A DNA stretch of 63,994 nucleotides, the filler included, from an uncultured bacterium (GTDB taxonomy: Bacteria; CAYJOG01), in NCBI GenBank assembly GCA_964371695.1. It is 8 parts of 8 records of this genome, joined end to end, with 100 filler letters (N's around TTAATTAATTAA, not from the genome) between each part and the next. Parts side by side here need not be neighbours in the genome. Positions count along the whole stretch, not along the records: positions 33,635 to 41,861 come from CAYJOG010000105.1; positions 41,962 to 50,173 come from CAYJOG010000106.1; 6 more parts are not named here. The stretch is one strand, 5' to 3'. Within the stretch, counting starts at the first letter, position 1, and each line of letters starts with the position of its first letter. Shown piece by piece: positions 38,270 to 47,752 of this stretch. The translations under genes and the position numbers were made by a program. The notes beneath the pieces were generated by a model. That model had not been told where the DNA came from and did no database searches. It saw only the letters and a list, made by a program, of their open reading frames with translations.

Positions 38270-38448
38270 GTCCCCCTTGAAAAACACAAAAAGGACAGGG
38301 AAAAGGGTTGCGTTTTTCAAGGGGGACGGGCATTCCTGGATGGAATGCAATTGAAAACCGAGCGAAGCGTAGGTTTTCGCCCGCAACCCGGAGGCTTTGC
38401 CGATGGGTTGCGGTGCCTGAAAAAGTCCAGGACGGACTTTTTCAAGGC
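38270..38448 (+). mobile_element. Family B five-hairpin MITE-like element, copy 2
   Basis: CCTTGAAAAA...TTTTTCAAGG ends; GCATTCC-TGGAT-GGAATGC; GAAAACC/GGTTTTC; TGAAAAAGTCC-AGGAC-GGACTTTTTCA. Confidence 0.65.
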
Positions 38449-38492
38449 CAAATAATTTTGTCTATGGCTTGTGCTGTTACAAGATGACCCCC

Positions 38493-39400
38493 ATGCGAAA
38501 ATTGTTCCTTCCCTTCACCCTTCTGTTTTCTCTGTGTGTCTCTGGTTTTGCCGTGGCGCGGGATGACCACGCCTCTCACCACGACGCCCCCGCGCCCGTG
38601 GAAATGCAGGGTGAAAACCAGAAGCAGCACGGCACGGCCCCGGCTCCCAGCCACGAGGCATTGCTCAAACCCAAAGTGGCGGTGGTGGTGCAGGAGATCA
38701 CCCTGAACGCCCCCCAGGGCACGGGCAAGCACCGGCTTTATGTGGCCATGCCCGAAAAACCCGTGGGCAAACTGCCCGCTGTGGTGCTGATTCACGAGTG
38801 GTGGGGGCTGAATGAAAACATCGAATCCATGGCCCGGTTGCTGGCGGGGGAGGGGTATCTGGTGGGGGCCATTGACGTGTACGGCAAACCTGCCACCAGA
38901 GACCCCGCCCAGGCCGCGCGTTTTTATGCCATGGCCACCGCCAAACAGGCGGCCACCACGGCGCTGGTGGAAAAAGCCGCCGACACCCTGCTGGCCATGC
39001 CCNNNNNNNNNNGGCAGCGGGCAGTCAGGTGGGGGTGATGGGTTGGTGTTTTGGCGGCAATCAAACCCTTCAGGCTGCCTCGCGTCTGCCCGCCAAAGTC
39101 AAGGCGGCGGTGGTTTATTACGGCATCCAGTTGCGCATCGAAAAAGAAATCAGCCCCATTCAGGCCCCCGTGTTGGGGTTGTATGGCGCAAAGGATTCCT
39201 TGATTCCAAAATCCAGCATCGAGTTCATGCACGGCGAACTGAAAAATAAAGGCGTGGCCACGGACTGGGTGATTTATGACGGGGCGGGCCATGCTTTTGC
39301 CAATCCCTCGGCGGGCAACGAAAAAAACTATCACCCTGCTTCGGCGGCAGATGCCTGGGTTCGCACGTTGGCCTGGCTGAACAAATATCTGAAAGGGTAA
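38493..39400 (+). CDS. Secreted dienelactone hydrolase family protein (spans N gap)
   Basis: Signal peptide, IHEWWGLN, GWCFGG, YDGAGHAFAN. Confidence 0.9.
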
Positions 39401-39452
39401 GCCCGAAAAAAAACACTGGAAATTCCTGTTGCGATGCTGTTAAAATAAGTTC

Positions 39453-39782
39453 GTGCTTGAGCGGTACTGGTTCAGGTTCTGGAAGTCCGACGAACTGAAC
39501 TTGCCGCCCGAACTGGGACACGGGTGTGGCGTGACGGCCCGCAATTTTGATGATGCGCTGGAGTTGCTGAAGACCCGCGTATTCCGCCATGGCCCCGTGC
39601 CCGTCATTGAGAGCATCATCACCACGGTAGACATTTCCACGCTGGATGCCGACCTTGTGCTCTCCCAGATGTGGGCGCCGGTGTGGCGGGGCGTGTGGTT
39701 CCCCCTGGGTTATCAGGACAACATGACGCCCGAAGAAGAACAGGAAATCACCGAGGAAAAAGAAAAAGAAGGGCTTTCCTGA
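39453..39782 (+). CDS. Small conserved-looking hypothetical protein
   Basis: RYWFRF...GCGVTA...DISTLD...RGVWFP; extended -10 TGnTAAAAT 6 nt upstream. Confidence 0.7.
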   Translation: MLERYWFRFWKSDELNLPPELGHGCGVTARNFDDALELLKTRVFRHGPVPVIESIITTVDISTLDADLVLSQMWAPVWRGVWFPLGYQDNMTPEEEQEITEEKEKEGLS

Positions 39783-39845
39783 GTCCAAGTTACAGTCGAT
39801 GTAGACGAGAAAGCGCGCTGGGTAACGGGGGCCAAAGTGCATGCT

Positions 39846-40020
39846 GCTTATATTTTCTGGTTCGCCGGTTTCATCCGTGAAACCTTACGAACGACGCCAC
39901 ACGGTTCAGTCCACCCCAAAAAATTGAACTTGTTCGCGGGGTATTTGGATTCAAAGAACGCCCTTGTTAAGCACCGACCGCTCCGAACCGGTGGCGGGAA
40001 CGGCCATCCATGGCCTCTGG
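39846..40020 (-). repeat. Family A structured element, copy 4
   Basis: Reverse complement carries both hairpins; compensated CGCCAC/GTGGCG. Confidence 0.9.
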
Positions 40021-40132
40021 ATTCGGGCGTTGCCGACTTTGGCAGTGAGCCCAAGTTGCTCTGGCGATGATCTGGTCGGAGGTTTTTAACCTGATTCCAG
40101 AACTCCGTTTTGTTTATGCTGGCGGTGGCTGA

Positions 40133-41263
40133 ATGAAAACGCTGTCACCTCAAATCGCCGCCCTGGCCCTGTCAGAGTTTTTTGCCATGGACGCCCATGT
40201 TGTGGCGGATGAAGTGCGCCAGTTGGGGGCGGCTGCATTTCTGGCGCAGGAACAGAAAGCGTTGTTGCGCCCCTGGCTGGAACTGAGCCGAAAGGGTGTG
40301 GCGGCCCAGCGTTGGTTGCAGGAGCGTGAGGGGTATGACCCGCGCCGCGAAACAGAGGCCATGGCCCGGTTGGGTATCCGGTGTCTGACAGTGAGCGAAG
40401 AAGGTTATCCGGTGGTGCTGAACGATCTGGATGACCCACCCCTTGCGCTTTTGTGGCGGGGTGAACTGCCGGACCCGGAGCAGTTGCACCTGGGTGTGGT
40501 GGGCAGCCGTCAGCCTGATCTTTATGGCCGCCGCCTGGCCGCTGAGGTGGGGAAGGGACTGGCCGAAAAAGGTGTGGGGGTGATCAGCGGCGGGGCGCTG
40601 GGGGTGGATTCCCTGGCCCACGAGGGGGCCATGTCGGCGGGGGGATACACCCTGGCGGTGCTGGGTCAGGGGCTGGCGCAAAAACTGAGTCACCGCCAGC
40701 AGGAACTGGTGGAGCAGATTGTCGCCAGCGGCGGTGGGGTGCTGAGTGAATACAGCCCTTTTACTGCGCCAGAGGCATTTCGTTTCCCTCACCGCAATCG
40801 CCTCATCAGCGGATTGTCGCAGGGCGTGGTGGTGGTGCAGGCTCGCAGCCGCAGCGGCACCAAAATCACTGTGCGCCACGCGCTGGATCAATCGCGAGAG
40901 GTGTTTGTTTTTCCCGGCAACATTTATTCAGAGCTTTCGCAGGGCTGCCATGAACTGATCCGCGATGGGGCGCGTCTGGTGGGGTCGGTGCAGGAACTGC
41001 TGATGGACAGCGGGGTGCTGGCGCTGTCGGTGAGTGACGCTCCCCTGCCACCGCCACCGCCCCTGTCGGGCCACAAACGCACGGTGTATCAGCGCCTGGA
41101 ACTGGAACCCCGCCACGTGGACGCCCTTTGTCTGGACACGGGCCTCTCGGCCCAACTGGTGGGCACGGCCCTGGTGATGCTGGAAATGGAGAACCTGGCG
41201 CAACAGACCCGCCCCGGTTTTTTCATGCGTCTGGCGGCTGCTTTGCCCCTCGAGGAAGGTTAA
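40133..41263 (+). CDS. dprA: DNA-processing protein DprA
   Basis: VVGSR, SGGALGVD, FPHRNRLISGLS, SGTKIT, C-terminal winged helix. Confidence 0.95.
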   Translation: MKTLSPQIAALALSEFFAMDAHVVADEVRQLGAAAFLAQEQKALLRPWLELSRKGVAAQRWLQEREGYDPRRETEAMARLGIRCLTVSEEGYPVVLNDLDDPPLALLWRGELPDPEQLHLGVVGSRQPDLYGRRLAAEVGKGLAEKGVGVISGGALGVDSLAHEGAMSAGGYTLAVLGQGLAQKLSHRQQELVEQIVASGGGVLSEYSPFTAPEAFRFPHRNRLISGLSQGVVVVQARSRSGTKITVRHALDQSREVFVFPGNIYSELSQGCHELIRDGARLVGSVQELLMDSGVLALSVSDAPLPPPPPLSGHKRTVYQRLELEPRHVDALCLDTGLSAQLVGTALVMLEMENLAQQTRPGFFMRLAAALPLEEG

Positions 41264-41787
41264 CCCCGCAGCAAATTTTCCGCTGCTTCTGTTTTGCCCA
41301 AAATCTTTAGCCAGGCGGCCAGGGCGGCGGGCAGGGCATTTTCTTCGGCCACGGTGCTGAGGGTGTCGGTGACGTGAAAGGGTTGGGTGTGGCGCGCCAC
41401 ACCCAGGGTTTCCAGTTTGTTGTGATGCGCTGGCGGCGTGCTGGCGGCGTGGTGTTTGAGCAACCCGGCGTCGGCCATCAACAACACGCCTTGGCCAAAG
41501 GCCAGCACGTGTTCATCCATGGGTTCGCGGGCCTGCAACAGCGACAGCACTTCCTTGTCTTCGGAATATCCGGGCACCAAAAGCAGATCCAGCGGCGGGC
41601 GGTTTCTGAGTCTGGCGCCGGGTGTGAACGTGCGGCCATCACTCAGCGTGACCTCTTCAATCACCTCTGTCGCGCCGACAAACAGCGGCGTGCCCAGACC
41701 CAGGGCAGCCAGCCTGGCCATGGCTTTTTCCAGGGCCGCCACTTCGGCTGCGTCTGCACCCTCATAAATCAAAACGGCAAAATCCAT
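41260..41787 (-). CDS. DJ-1/PfpI-like protein (divergent)
   Basis: FAVLIYEG, DLLLVPG, GVLLMADAGLL; no nucleophilic Cys seen; TATGCT 7 nt before ATG. Confidence 0.7.
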   Translation of the reverse strand: MDFAVLIYEGADAAEVAALEKAMARLAALGLGTPLFVGATEVIEEVTLSDGRTFTPGARLRNRPPLDLLLVPGYSEDKEVLSLLQAREPMDEHVLAFGQGVLLMADAGLLKHHAASTPPAHHNKLETLGVARHTQPFHVTDTLSTVAEENALPAALAAWLKILGKTEAAENLLRG

Positions 41788-41798
41788 AACCGGAAGCA

Positions 41799-41861
41799 TA
41801 GAACCCATCTCAAAAGTCCGTCCTGGACTTTTGAGAACGCCGTGGGCGGGGAGTAGAAACC
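41799..41861 (-). mobile_element. Family B element, right-end fragment at scaffold edge
   Basis: Minus strand CTCAAAAGTCC-AGGAC-GGACTTTTGAG-ATGGGTTCT. Confidence 0.55.
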
Positions 41862-42090
41862 NNNNNNNNNNNNNNNNNNNNNNNNNNNNNNNNNNNNNNN
41901 NNNNNTTAATTAATTAANNNNNNNNNNNNNNNNNNNNNNNNNNNNNNNNNNNNNNNNNNNNGCGTTACGCACGGCGGTATCTCCCCTCTCCCCTTTACGG
42001 GGAGAGGATGCCCCGCAGGGGCAGGTGAGGGGTCAAACATAAACAAAAAACCAAACAAGATTTTTTGCAACCTCCGGCTTCCCTTCTGAT

Positions 42091-42537
42091 TCAAAGACCC
42101 GCCAGCCAGTTTTGGGCCTGCGCCAGCCAGTGTGGGGGCAGCGGCCCCGCCACCGGCGGCACGCCCAGCAGAAACACCCGGTTGGGCAGTGTGCCCAGTG
42201 CCTGGGCCAGTTCCAGCACCTGAGAGACACCCAGGCCGTGGCTGCTGGCGGGGCGCTCTGCCGCCAACAGGCCGGGCCGCCAGGGGGTGAACAGCGGCTC
42301 GGTGTTGGGTGTGTCCGGCGCAAGGCTGTCCACAATCACCAGGGTCTGACCCGGCGCGGCGGGTGACAGCGCCAGTTCCGGCGGCGGTGCGGGCCAATGC
42401 ACAAATCGGGCCTGGGGCAACAGGGGCCGCAGTGCCTCGAACAGTTCCAGACCCGGTGTGTCGTGGGGGTTCAGACGGTTCCCCACACCGGCGATCAGCA
42501 GATGTGGGCGGGGGGCCTGTTCTGCCACGCCGGTCAC
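42091..42537 (-). CDS. Hydrogenase maturation protease-like protein
   Basis: IAGVGNRL..HD..G, VIVDS, SSHGLG. Confidence 0.8.
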   Translation of the reverse strand: MTGVAEQAPRPHLLIAGVGNRLNPHDTPGLELFEALRPLLPQARFVHWPAPPPELALSPAAPGQTLVIVDSLAPDTPNTEPLFTPWRPGLLAAERPASSHGLGVSQVLELAQALGTLPNRVFLLGVPPVAGPLPPHWLAQAQNWLAGL

Positions 42538-44441
42538 AACCCCTGCCGTTGCGCCAACAACAACCGCACCCGCGCCAGATTTCCCTGCACTCCTTGGTAG
42601 AAATAGGGTGTGCCCTCTGGAGTGAGCACCTTCAGCGCATTTTCATAAGCCATTTCAGCTTGTTTCAATCGCACCGCGCCTTCTTCACGTTCACCCAAGG
42701 CTCTCAGGGCACTACCCAAGCTGTTTTGTGTCGTGGCCCATTGCAACGGAAAATCTTTTTGTGTGCGAACCTCAAGGGCTTTTTCAAAAGCTGTCACGGC
42801 CTGTTTCAGGCGCACCGTGCCTTTTTCCCTCTCACCCCATCGTAATAAGACGCCACCCAGGTTGTGTTGTGTCATGGCCCATTGCTGCGGCAAATCTTTT
42901 TGTGTGTAAACCGCCAAGACTTGCTCATAAACCGCAACTGCCTTTTTCAGTCGCACCGTGCCTTTTCCCCTCTCACCCCATCGCGTAAGGGCGGCACCCA
43001 GGTTGTTTTGTGTTGCAGCCCAGTCCAACGGCAAATCTTTTTTTGCGCGCACCACCAGTGCTTTTTTTAAAGCTCCCACGGCTTGTTTCAGACGCACCGT
43101 GCCCTCTTCACGCTCACCCAAAATACGCAAGGTGTTGCCCAGGTTGTTTTGTGTCGCGGCCCAGTCCAGCGGCAAATCTTTTTTTGTAAAAACGGTCAGT
43201 GCTTTTTCATAAGCCGTCACGGCCTGTTCCAGTCGCACCGTGTTTTCTTCACGCTCACCCCAAATACACAAGGCAATGCTCAGGTTGTTTTGTGTCGTGG
43301 CCCATTGCAATGGCCAATCTTTTTGTGTGCGGATCTCCAAGGCTCTTTCAAACGCCGCCACGGCTTGTTTCAGTCGTTCTGTGCCTTCTTCGCGCTCACC
43401 CAAAGTGCGCAAGGCAATGCCCAGGTTGTTTTGTATCCTGGCCCAGTCATCTGGCAAATCCTTTTGTGTATACACCGTCAATGCTTTTTCATAAGCGACC
43501 ACGGCCTGTTCCAGACGCAACGTGCCTTCTTCCCGTTCACCCCAAATGCGCAAGGCATTGCCCAGGTTGTTTTGAATCATGGCGGTGGTGTGTGGATCAG
43601 GACTTTTATCCAGCGCCCGGTTAAAAACCACCACTGCCTCTTTTAAGTGCTCAACACCCCCCTGCACTCCAGACAACGTGACCAGTGTGTTGGCCAGCAG
43701 ATACAGAAAATTTGCATCTTGCCCCCAGGGTGAACCAGTCTGTGACAGGTGGCGCACCGGCTCTAAAAATTGGTTGAGTTCCTGAGGCGGTTTTTTGCCC
43801 ACCTGTTTTGACCATACCGCTTCTTCAGCCATCACGGCCAGCAACACAATCTTGCGGAAATCTGCATTAAATTTCTCATTGACCTCCAAACGGCCCTGTT
43901 CGGCATTCAACCGGGGGAGGGGATATTTTCCATCCTGACGGTCACTTTGCGAGGTGAAAAAAAGTTGCAGCCATTGTCCCTGGCCCGTGCCCCCCACGCC
44001 CCCCCAAATCAGCAGCCGTGCCCCCGTTTTGAACAAATGCTTCTGCGCCCGCCCATGGCCCTGTTGCAGAACCTGTGTGTGGCTCTGGTTTTCTTTTTCG
44101 AAGGGAATGTGAATGTTCACCAGCCGCACGTCCACACCCTTCAAATCAGCCAACAGGTTTTTCAGGTCTTTGCGCATGCGCTTGTCTGTGTCGCCGTCCA
44201 GAAGGGCCAGATACACCGTGAAACGTGTGGTGTCCGCTTTGGGCAGACGCCATTCCTTCCATCTTGTAACCAACTGAGGCACGCCAGGTTTTGACTGAAT
44301 TACCTCCCACCACCACCAAAACGAACCAACACCCATCAAAAGCAAAACAAGCGCTGCCGACCAAGGGCCAACGGTGTGCCACAGCCATAACACAGTGTTA
44401 ACCGGCTCAGGGGGTGAAGGCGTTGGCCCCGAGGGTGACAT
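42534..44441 (-). CDS. Membrane-anchored TPR protein with about seven 47-aa repeats
   Basis: 141-bp tandem units GEREEGTxRLxQAV...WAxTQNNLG; N-terminal TM helix; visibly lower GC. Confidence 0.88.
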   Translation of the reverse strand: MSPSGPTPSPPEPVNTVLWLWHTVGPWSAALVLLLMGVGSFWWWWEVIQSKPGVPQLVTRWKEWRLPKADTTRFTVYLALLDGDTDKRMRKDLKNLLADLKGVDVRLVNIHIPFEKENQSHTQVLQQGHGRAQKHLFKTGARLLIWGGVGGTGQGQWLQLFFTSQSDRQDGKYPLPRLNAEQGRLEVNEKFNADFRKIVLLAVMAEEAVWSKQVGKKPPQELNQFLEPVRHLSQTGSPWGQDANFLYLLANTLVTLSGVQGGVEHLKEAVVVFNRALDKSPDPHTTAMIQNNLGNALRIWGEREEGTLRLEQAVVAYEKALTVYTQKDLPDDWARIQNNLGIALRTLGEREEGTERLKQAVAAFERALEIRTQKDWPLQWATTQNNLSIALCIWGEREENTVRLEQAVTAYEKALTVFTKKDLPLDWAATQNNLGNTLRILGEREEGTVRLKQAVGALKKALVVRAKKDLPLDWAATQNNLGAALTRWGERGKGTVRLKKAVAVYEQVLAVYTQKDLPQQWAMTQHNLGGVLLRWGEREKGTVRLKQAVTAFEKALEVRTQKDFPLQWATTQNSLGSALRALGEREEGAVRLKQAEMAYENALKVLTPEGTPYFYQGVQGNLARVRLLLAQRQGL

Positions 44442-44502
44442 GTTCACAGTATGCGGCAACAAAGAAAACACAAAAACCCGACATGGTGGAAAACCGCGCC
44501 CA

Positions 44503-45405
44503 TTACTGCCCAAACCGCCGGATGGCCTGGGACTTCCAGCGGGCGAAATCGGGCTGCCAACCTGAGCGGGTGGCTTCTTTTTCCAGATTGGATTTTGTGC
44601 CGTAGGCGGTGGCGTCGAAGGGGCGGAACTGAAGGCCCGTGAGTTTGAACAGCGGCGCAAGACGCCCGCCGTTCTGTTTCTCGTGCAGGCTCAGAAAAAA
44701 GTCCCGCGCTTCTTTTTTGAGGGCCGGGGGCACGTCGTGACGCACAAAGATGGGGGGGAAGGGAAAACGCTCCGCACCGCAGGCCACCTGCCGCAGTTTT
44801 TTGACCGCGCCGGGGTTGGTGGCCTTGAGGTGAAAATATTCCACCTCGCTGGCATAACCGGCGTTGGCCTGATTCAGCGAAATGGCCAGGAACACGCCAA
44901 ACAGCTCCTGCGTGGCTTTGACCTCGCTCAAAAAATCCTCTGGTTTTTGCCCCAGCAGGCGGCGCAGGCTGAAATAAGTGGAGCCATCGGGAATGATGAT
45001 GACCGTTTTGTTTTTCAGGTCTGCCGGTTTTTGAAAGGGGCTGCTTTTATCCACATAAAGACACAGCCGGGTGTGGGGCAGGTGATAAAGCGTCATGCTC
45101 ACCAGGGGGTCATAACCCTTGTACATGTCGTTGCTGGTGACAAAAAGAAACGGCGGGTTCTGGGCGGCGAGCGTCTGTTTGAAGTCCTGGGCGTTTTTGA
45201 ACACCACCGGCGTGACAGGGCGCTTGAGCCGCTGGGCGAACACCTGCAGGGTGTCGGTGACGATGGCCTTGAGCTGGGCGTTCTGGTTGCCCCCCAGCGA
45301 AAACCACAGGCCGAACTTGAGCGGCGGCGGCGCTGCGCTCAGGCGGGACACACCCAGGCCGAGGATTCCCAGCAACAACACAGTGGCGGCCCGGCGCAGT
45401 ATCAA
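44503..45405 (-). CDS. PhnD/SsuA-like periplasmic substrate-binding protein
   Basis: Signal peptide, YVDKSSPFQKPADLKNK, FPPIFVRHDVP; start uncertain. Confidence 0.7.
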   Translation of the reverse strand: MILRRAATVLLLGILGLGVSRLSAAPPPLKFGLWFSLGGNQNAQLKAIVTDTLQVFAQRLKRPVTPVVFKNAQDFKQTLAAQNPPFLFVTSNDMYKGYDPLVSMTLYHLPHTRLCLYVDKSSPFQKPADLKNKTVIIIPDGSTYFSLRRLLGQKPEDFLSEVKATQELFGVFLAISLNQANAGYASEVEYFHLKATNPGAVKKLRQVACGAERFPFPPIFVRHDVPPALKKEARDFFLSLHEKQNGGRLAPLFKLTGLQFRPFDATAYGTKSNLEKEATRSGWQPDFARWKSQAIRRFGQ

Positions 45406-45476
45406 GAGAAAGCAGTATAACGGGGGGTGTCGGCGGACTTCGCGGGGCGGAAAACGGCGCACAAATGCATGAAAAA

Positions 45477-46154
45477 TTAATCCGGCACGGACATGGCCAG
45501 AATGCGGCTGAGGTGGCACAGCGGCAGGCCGGTTTCCTTGCGCCACTGGTTAAAGGCGTCCTGCACGGTCTGAAGTTCTTTTTTGCTGGTGGGAGATTTT
45601 GGCAAAACACCGTGTTTCACCAGCGCCGCGACAACGGGCTTGGAGAGAATAAATACGTCCAGCCCCATTTCGCGCAAAAAAATCTGTCCCGCCATGCCCC
45701 CCAGCCGCACGCCTTTTTCTTTCAGATGCGACCAAAGCCCCACCGTGTCATCGGCGGGCCACGCCGCCAGCATGGCCCCAAAAGAGCCGTGGGTTTTGGC
45801 TTCTTCCAGCACCCACGCGGCGTTGGCCACCGTGGCGGCGATTTTGGCGGAATTGCGCACAATGCGGTCGTCCTTGGCCAGTTTTTCCACCGCCGCTGCC
45901 GACAACCCCGCCACCTTCTGTGGATCAAACCCCAGAAAAGCCTCTTCAAAACCCGGCCATTTTTTGTCTATCACCTGCCAGTAAAACCCCGCACGAAAAA
46001 TGTTTTTGGTCATCAAGGCAAGCGCGAGACTGTCGGGTTGGTGTGCCAGCTTTTCGAGACTCAGTGGTTTTTCGGGCAGCAATTTTTTGAGCGCGGCGCC
46101 ACCGCCCTTGCGCTGCTCGGCGATTTTCTGAATGGTGCTGAACTGGACGGCCAT
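45477..46154 (-). CDS. tag: DNA-3-methyladenine glycosylase I family
   Basis: IFRAGFYWQVIDKKWPGFEEAF, IVRNSAKI. Confidence 0.88.
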   Translation of the reverse strand: MAVQFSTIQKIAEQRKGGGAALKKLLPEKPLSLEKLAHQPDSLALALMTKNIFRAGFYWQVIDKKWPGFEEAFLGFDPQKVAGLSAAAVEKLAKDDRIVRNSAKIAATVANAAWVLEEAKTHGSFGAMLAAWPADDTVGLWSHLKEKGVRLGGMAGQIFLREMGLDVFILSKPVVAALVKHGVLPKSPTSKKELQTVQDAFNQWRKETGLPLCHLSRILAMSVPD

Positions 46155-46169
46155 GGTGTTTTGGCTGCG

Positions 46170-47186
46170 TTAACCACTCGCGACTTTCTGCCCCAGGGCC
46201 TTGATGGCCCGCTGGGCGTTTTTGCGGTAAAACCGTGTGCGGGGGTGGTCGTTGCCCAGTTGTTTCTGGGCCTGGGCAAAGGCTTTTTTGAGGTGCTTCA
46301 CGCCCTCTTGCCGCTGGCCGGTGTTCCACAGCGCCACGCCCAGATTGTGCAGGGCGCTGAGGCCCCCCGCGCCGGTTTCTCCCATGGCCACCGCCATTTT
46401 CAGCGTCTGCACGCTTTCGGCCTCGCCCAGGCGGCCCTGCACGCGCCCCAGGCTCGCCAGCGCCCGGCCCAGCCCCGCGCTGTCCGCGCCCGTCTCCTTG
46501 TACAACTTCACGATTTCAGCGAAATGCTCCCGCGCCACGTCCAGATTCCCCTGGTCTTCCTCCATGCGGCCCAGCAGGTGGCGGTCCAGGCAGGTGTCGG
46601 GGTGGTTGTGGCCCTTGTGACGCTCGCTGATGCGCCAGCTTGTCTCAAAACTGGTTCTGGCGGCGGCCAGGTCCTTCATGGTGAAGGCCGCGAAACCCAG
46701 CACCTGGGCCGTGGGCCGCACCGAGGGGTGATGCTCACCCAGGGCCTTTTGTTTGATCCACAGGGCTTTTTCCAGACTCTCACGTGCGCCCACCAAGTCC
46801 GCCTGACTCAGCAGCGCCCGGCCCAGGTTGTGAAACCCCCGCGCCACCGTGGGGTGGCCGGGGCCGTTGATTTTCTGGTAAAGCCGCACGGAATCAGACA
46901 GCGCCTGGGCGGCTTCTTCGGCCCGACCCATGGCCCGCAGCACCAGGGCCAGATCGTTCAGCCCCCGCGCGATTTCGGGGTGGTCGGGGCCATACACCTG
47001 CCGGTCCAGCTCCACGGCGCGTTCCAGCGAGAGCCGTGCTGTTTCGTAATCCTTCAGCTTGAAAGACGCCTCACCCGCCTGATGCAGCAGGGCGGCCTCC
47101 ATGGGTGTTTCCTTGGGGCCGAGGCCCTCGATTTCCTTGCGGATCTGCTCGAGCCGCGCCTGAAGATCCTCTGGGGATTTGGCCAT
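46170..47186 (-). CDS. TPR-repeat protein (kinesin-light-chain-like HP repeats)
   Basis: GPDHPEIA, GPGHPTVA, GEHHPSV, GNDHPRT; TATGCT 6 nt before ATG. Confidence 0.85.
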   Translation of the reverse strand: MAKSPEDLQARLEQIRKEIEGLGPKETPMEAALLHQAGEASFKLKDYETARLSLERAVELDRQVYGPDHPEIARGLNDLALVLRAMGRAEEAAQALSDSVRLYQKINGPGHPTVARGFHNLGRALLSQADLVGARESLEKALWIKQKALGEHHPSVRPTAQVLGFAAFTMKDLAAARTSFETSWRISERHKGHNHPDTCLDRHLLGRMEEDQGNLDVAREHFAEIVKLYKETGADSAGLGRALASLGRVQGRLGEAESVQTLKMAVAMGETGAGGLSALHNLGVALWNTGQRQEGVKHLKKAFAQAQKQLGNDHPRTRFYRKNAQRAIKALGQKVASG

Positions 47187-47270
47187 GGCCACAGCATAGG
47201 CGGTGAAAGCCCGCGCCAAAAGACCCCCCGATGTGGGGGAAGGTCTGGCAGGCGACCGCCCTGCGGTTGG

Positions 47271-47447
47271 TTAAACCACGATGTCGACGCTGGTGGCCGA
47301 AAGCTGGCCCATGCTCTGTTCCACGGCCTGCTGGGTCTGCTCCATCGAGGCCAGCAGAGAAAGCACGCTGGACTCATTGGCGGACATTGTCTTGGCCAAG
47401 AGCGCCGTCTGAATCTGGCTTTGCACGTTCATTGCTGCAATATCCAT
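47271..47447 (-). CDS. YjfB-like putative motility protein, 58 aa (absent from ORF track)
   Basis: MDIAAMNVQSQIQTALLAKTMS...LLASM...SVDIVV; GGAGG RBS. Confidence 0.7.
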   Translation of the reverse strand: MDIAAMNVQSQIQTALLAKTMSANESSVLSLLASMEQTQQAVEQSMGQLSATSVDIVV

Positions 47448-47752
47448 GTTGAAGCCCCTCCCTGGGTAAAGCTCAGTTTAGCACATTTTTCGACCTTTGT
47501 GTAGACGGTTGACAGGTTTTAACCGCAAAAAAAGTGGCCCCGGGGAACACTGGGGCCAACTGGGGAGGTAAAAAAGGGCCAGCAGGATGGGGCTGGGGAT
47601 TTGTCGCCCTCTGCGCCAGCCGGACTAACCTGAATAGCAAAAACCGTGCCAAGGTTTGGCGCAAAAAAAGAGTTTCAATCAAAAAGGAGTTTTGATTGGG
47701 ACTCCTCGCAAACTCATGGATTTTCAGGGTGGTTTATCAACACCCTGCTAAT

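Noticed and set aside
39003-39012. Apparent frameshift splitting the dienelactone hydrolase
   Set aside because: Coincides with an N gap of estimated length
42534-43580. TPR repeats as a diversity-generating retroelement TR/VR pair
   Set aside because: In-frame coding tandem repeats with differences not evidently limited to adenines; no reverse transcriptase present
47486-47512. Sigma28 promoter upstream of the YjfB-like gene (TCAA-14-GTCGAAAA on minus)
   Set aside because: Spacing one short and several mismatches; too weak to call
47636-47670. c-di-GMP-I riboswitch-like GCAAA...GGCGCAAA
   Set aside because: No GNRA loop or P2 receptor stem, and no downstream plus-strand gene
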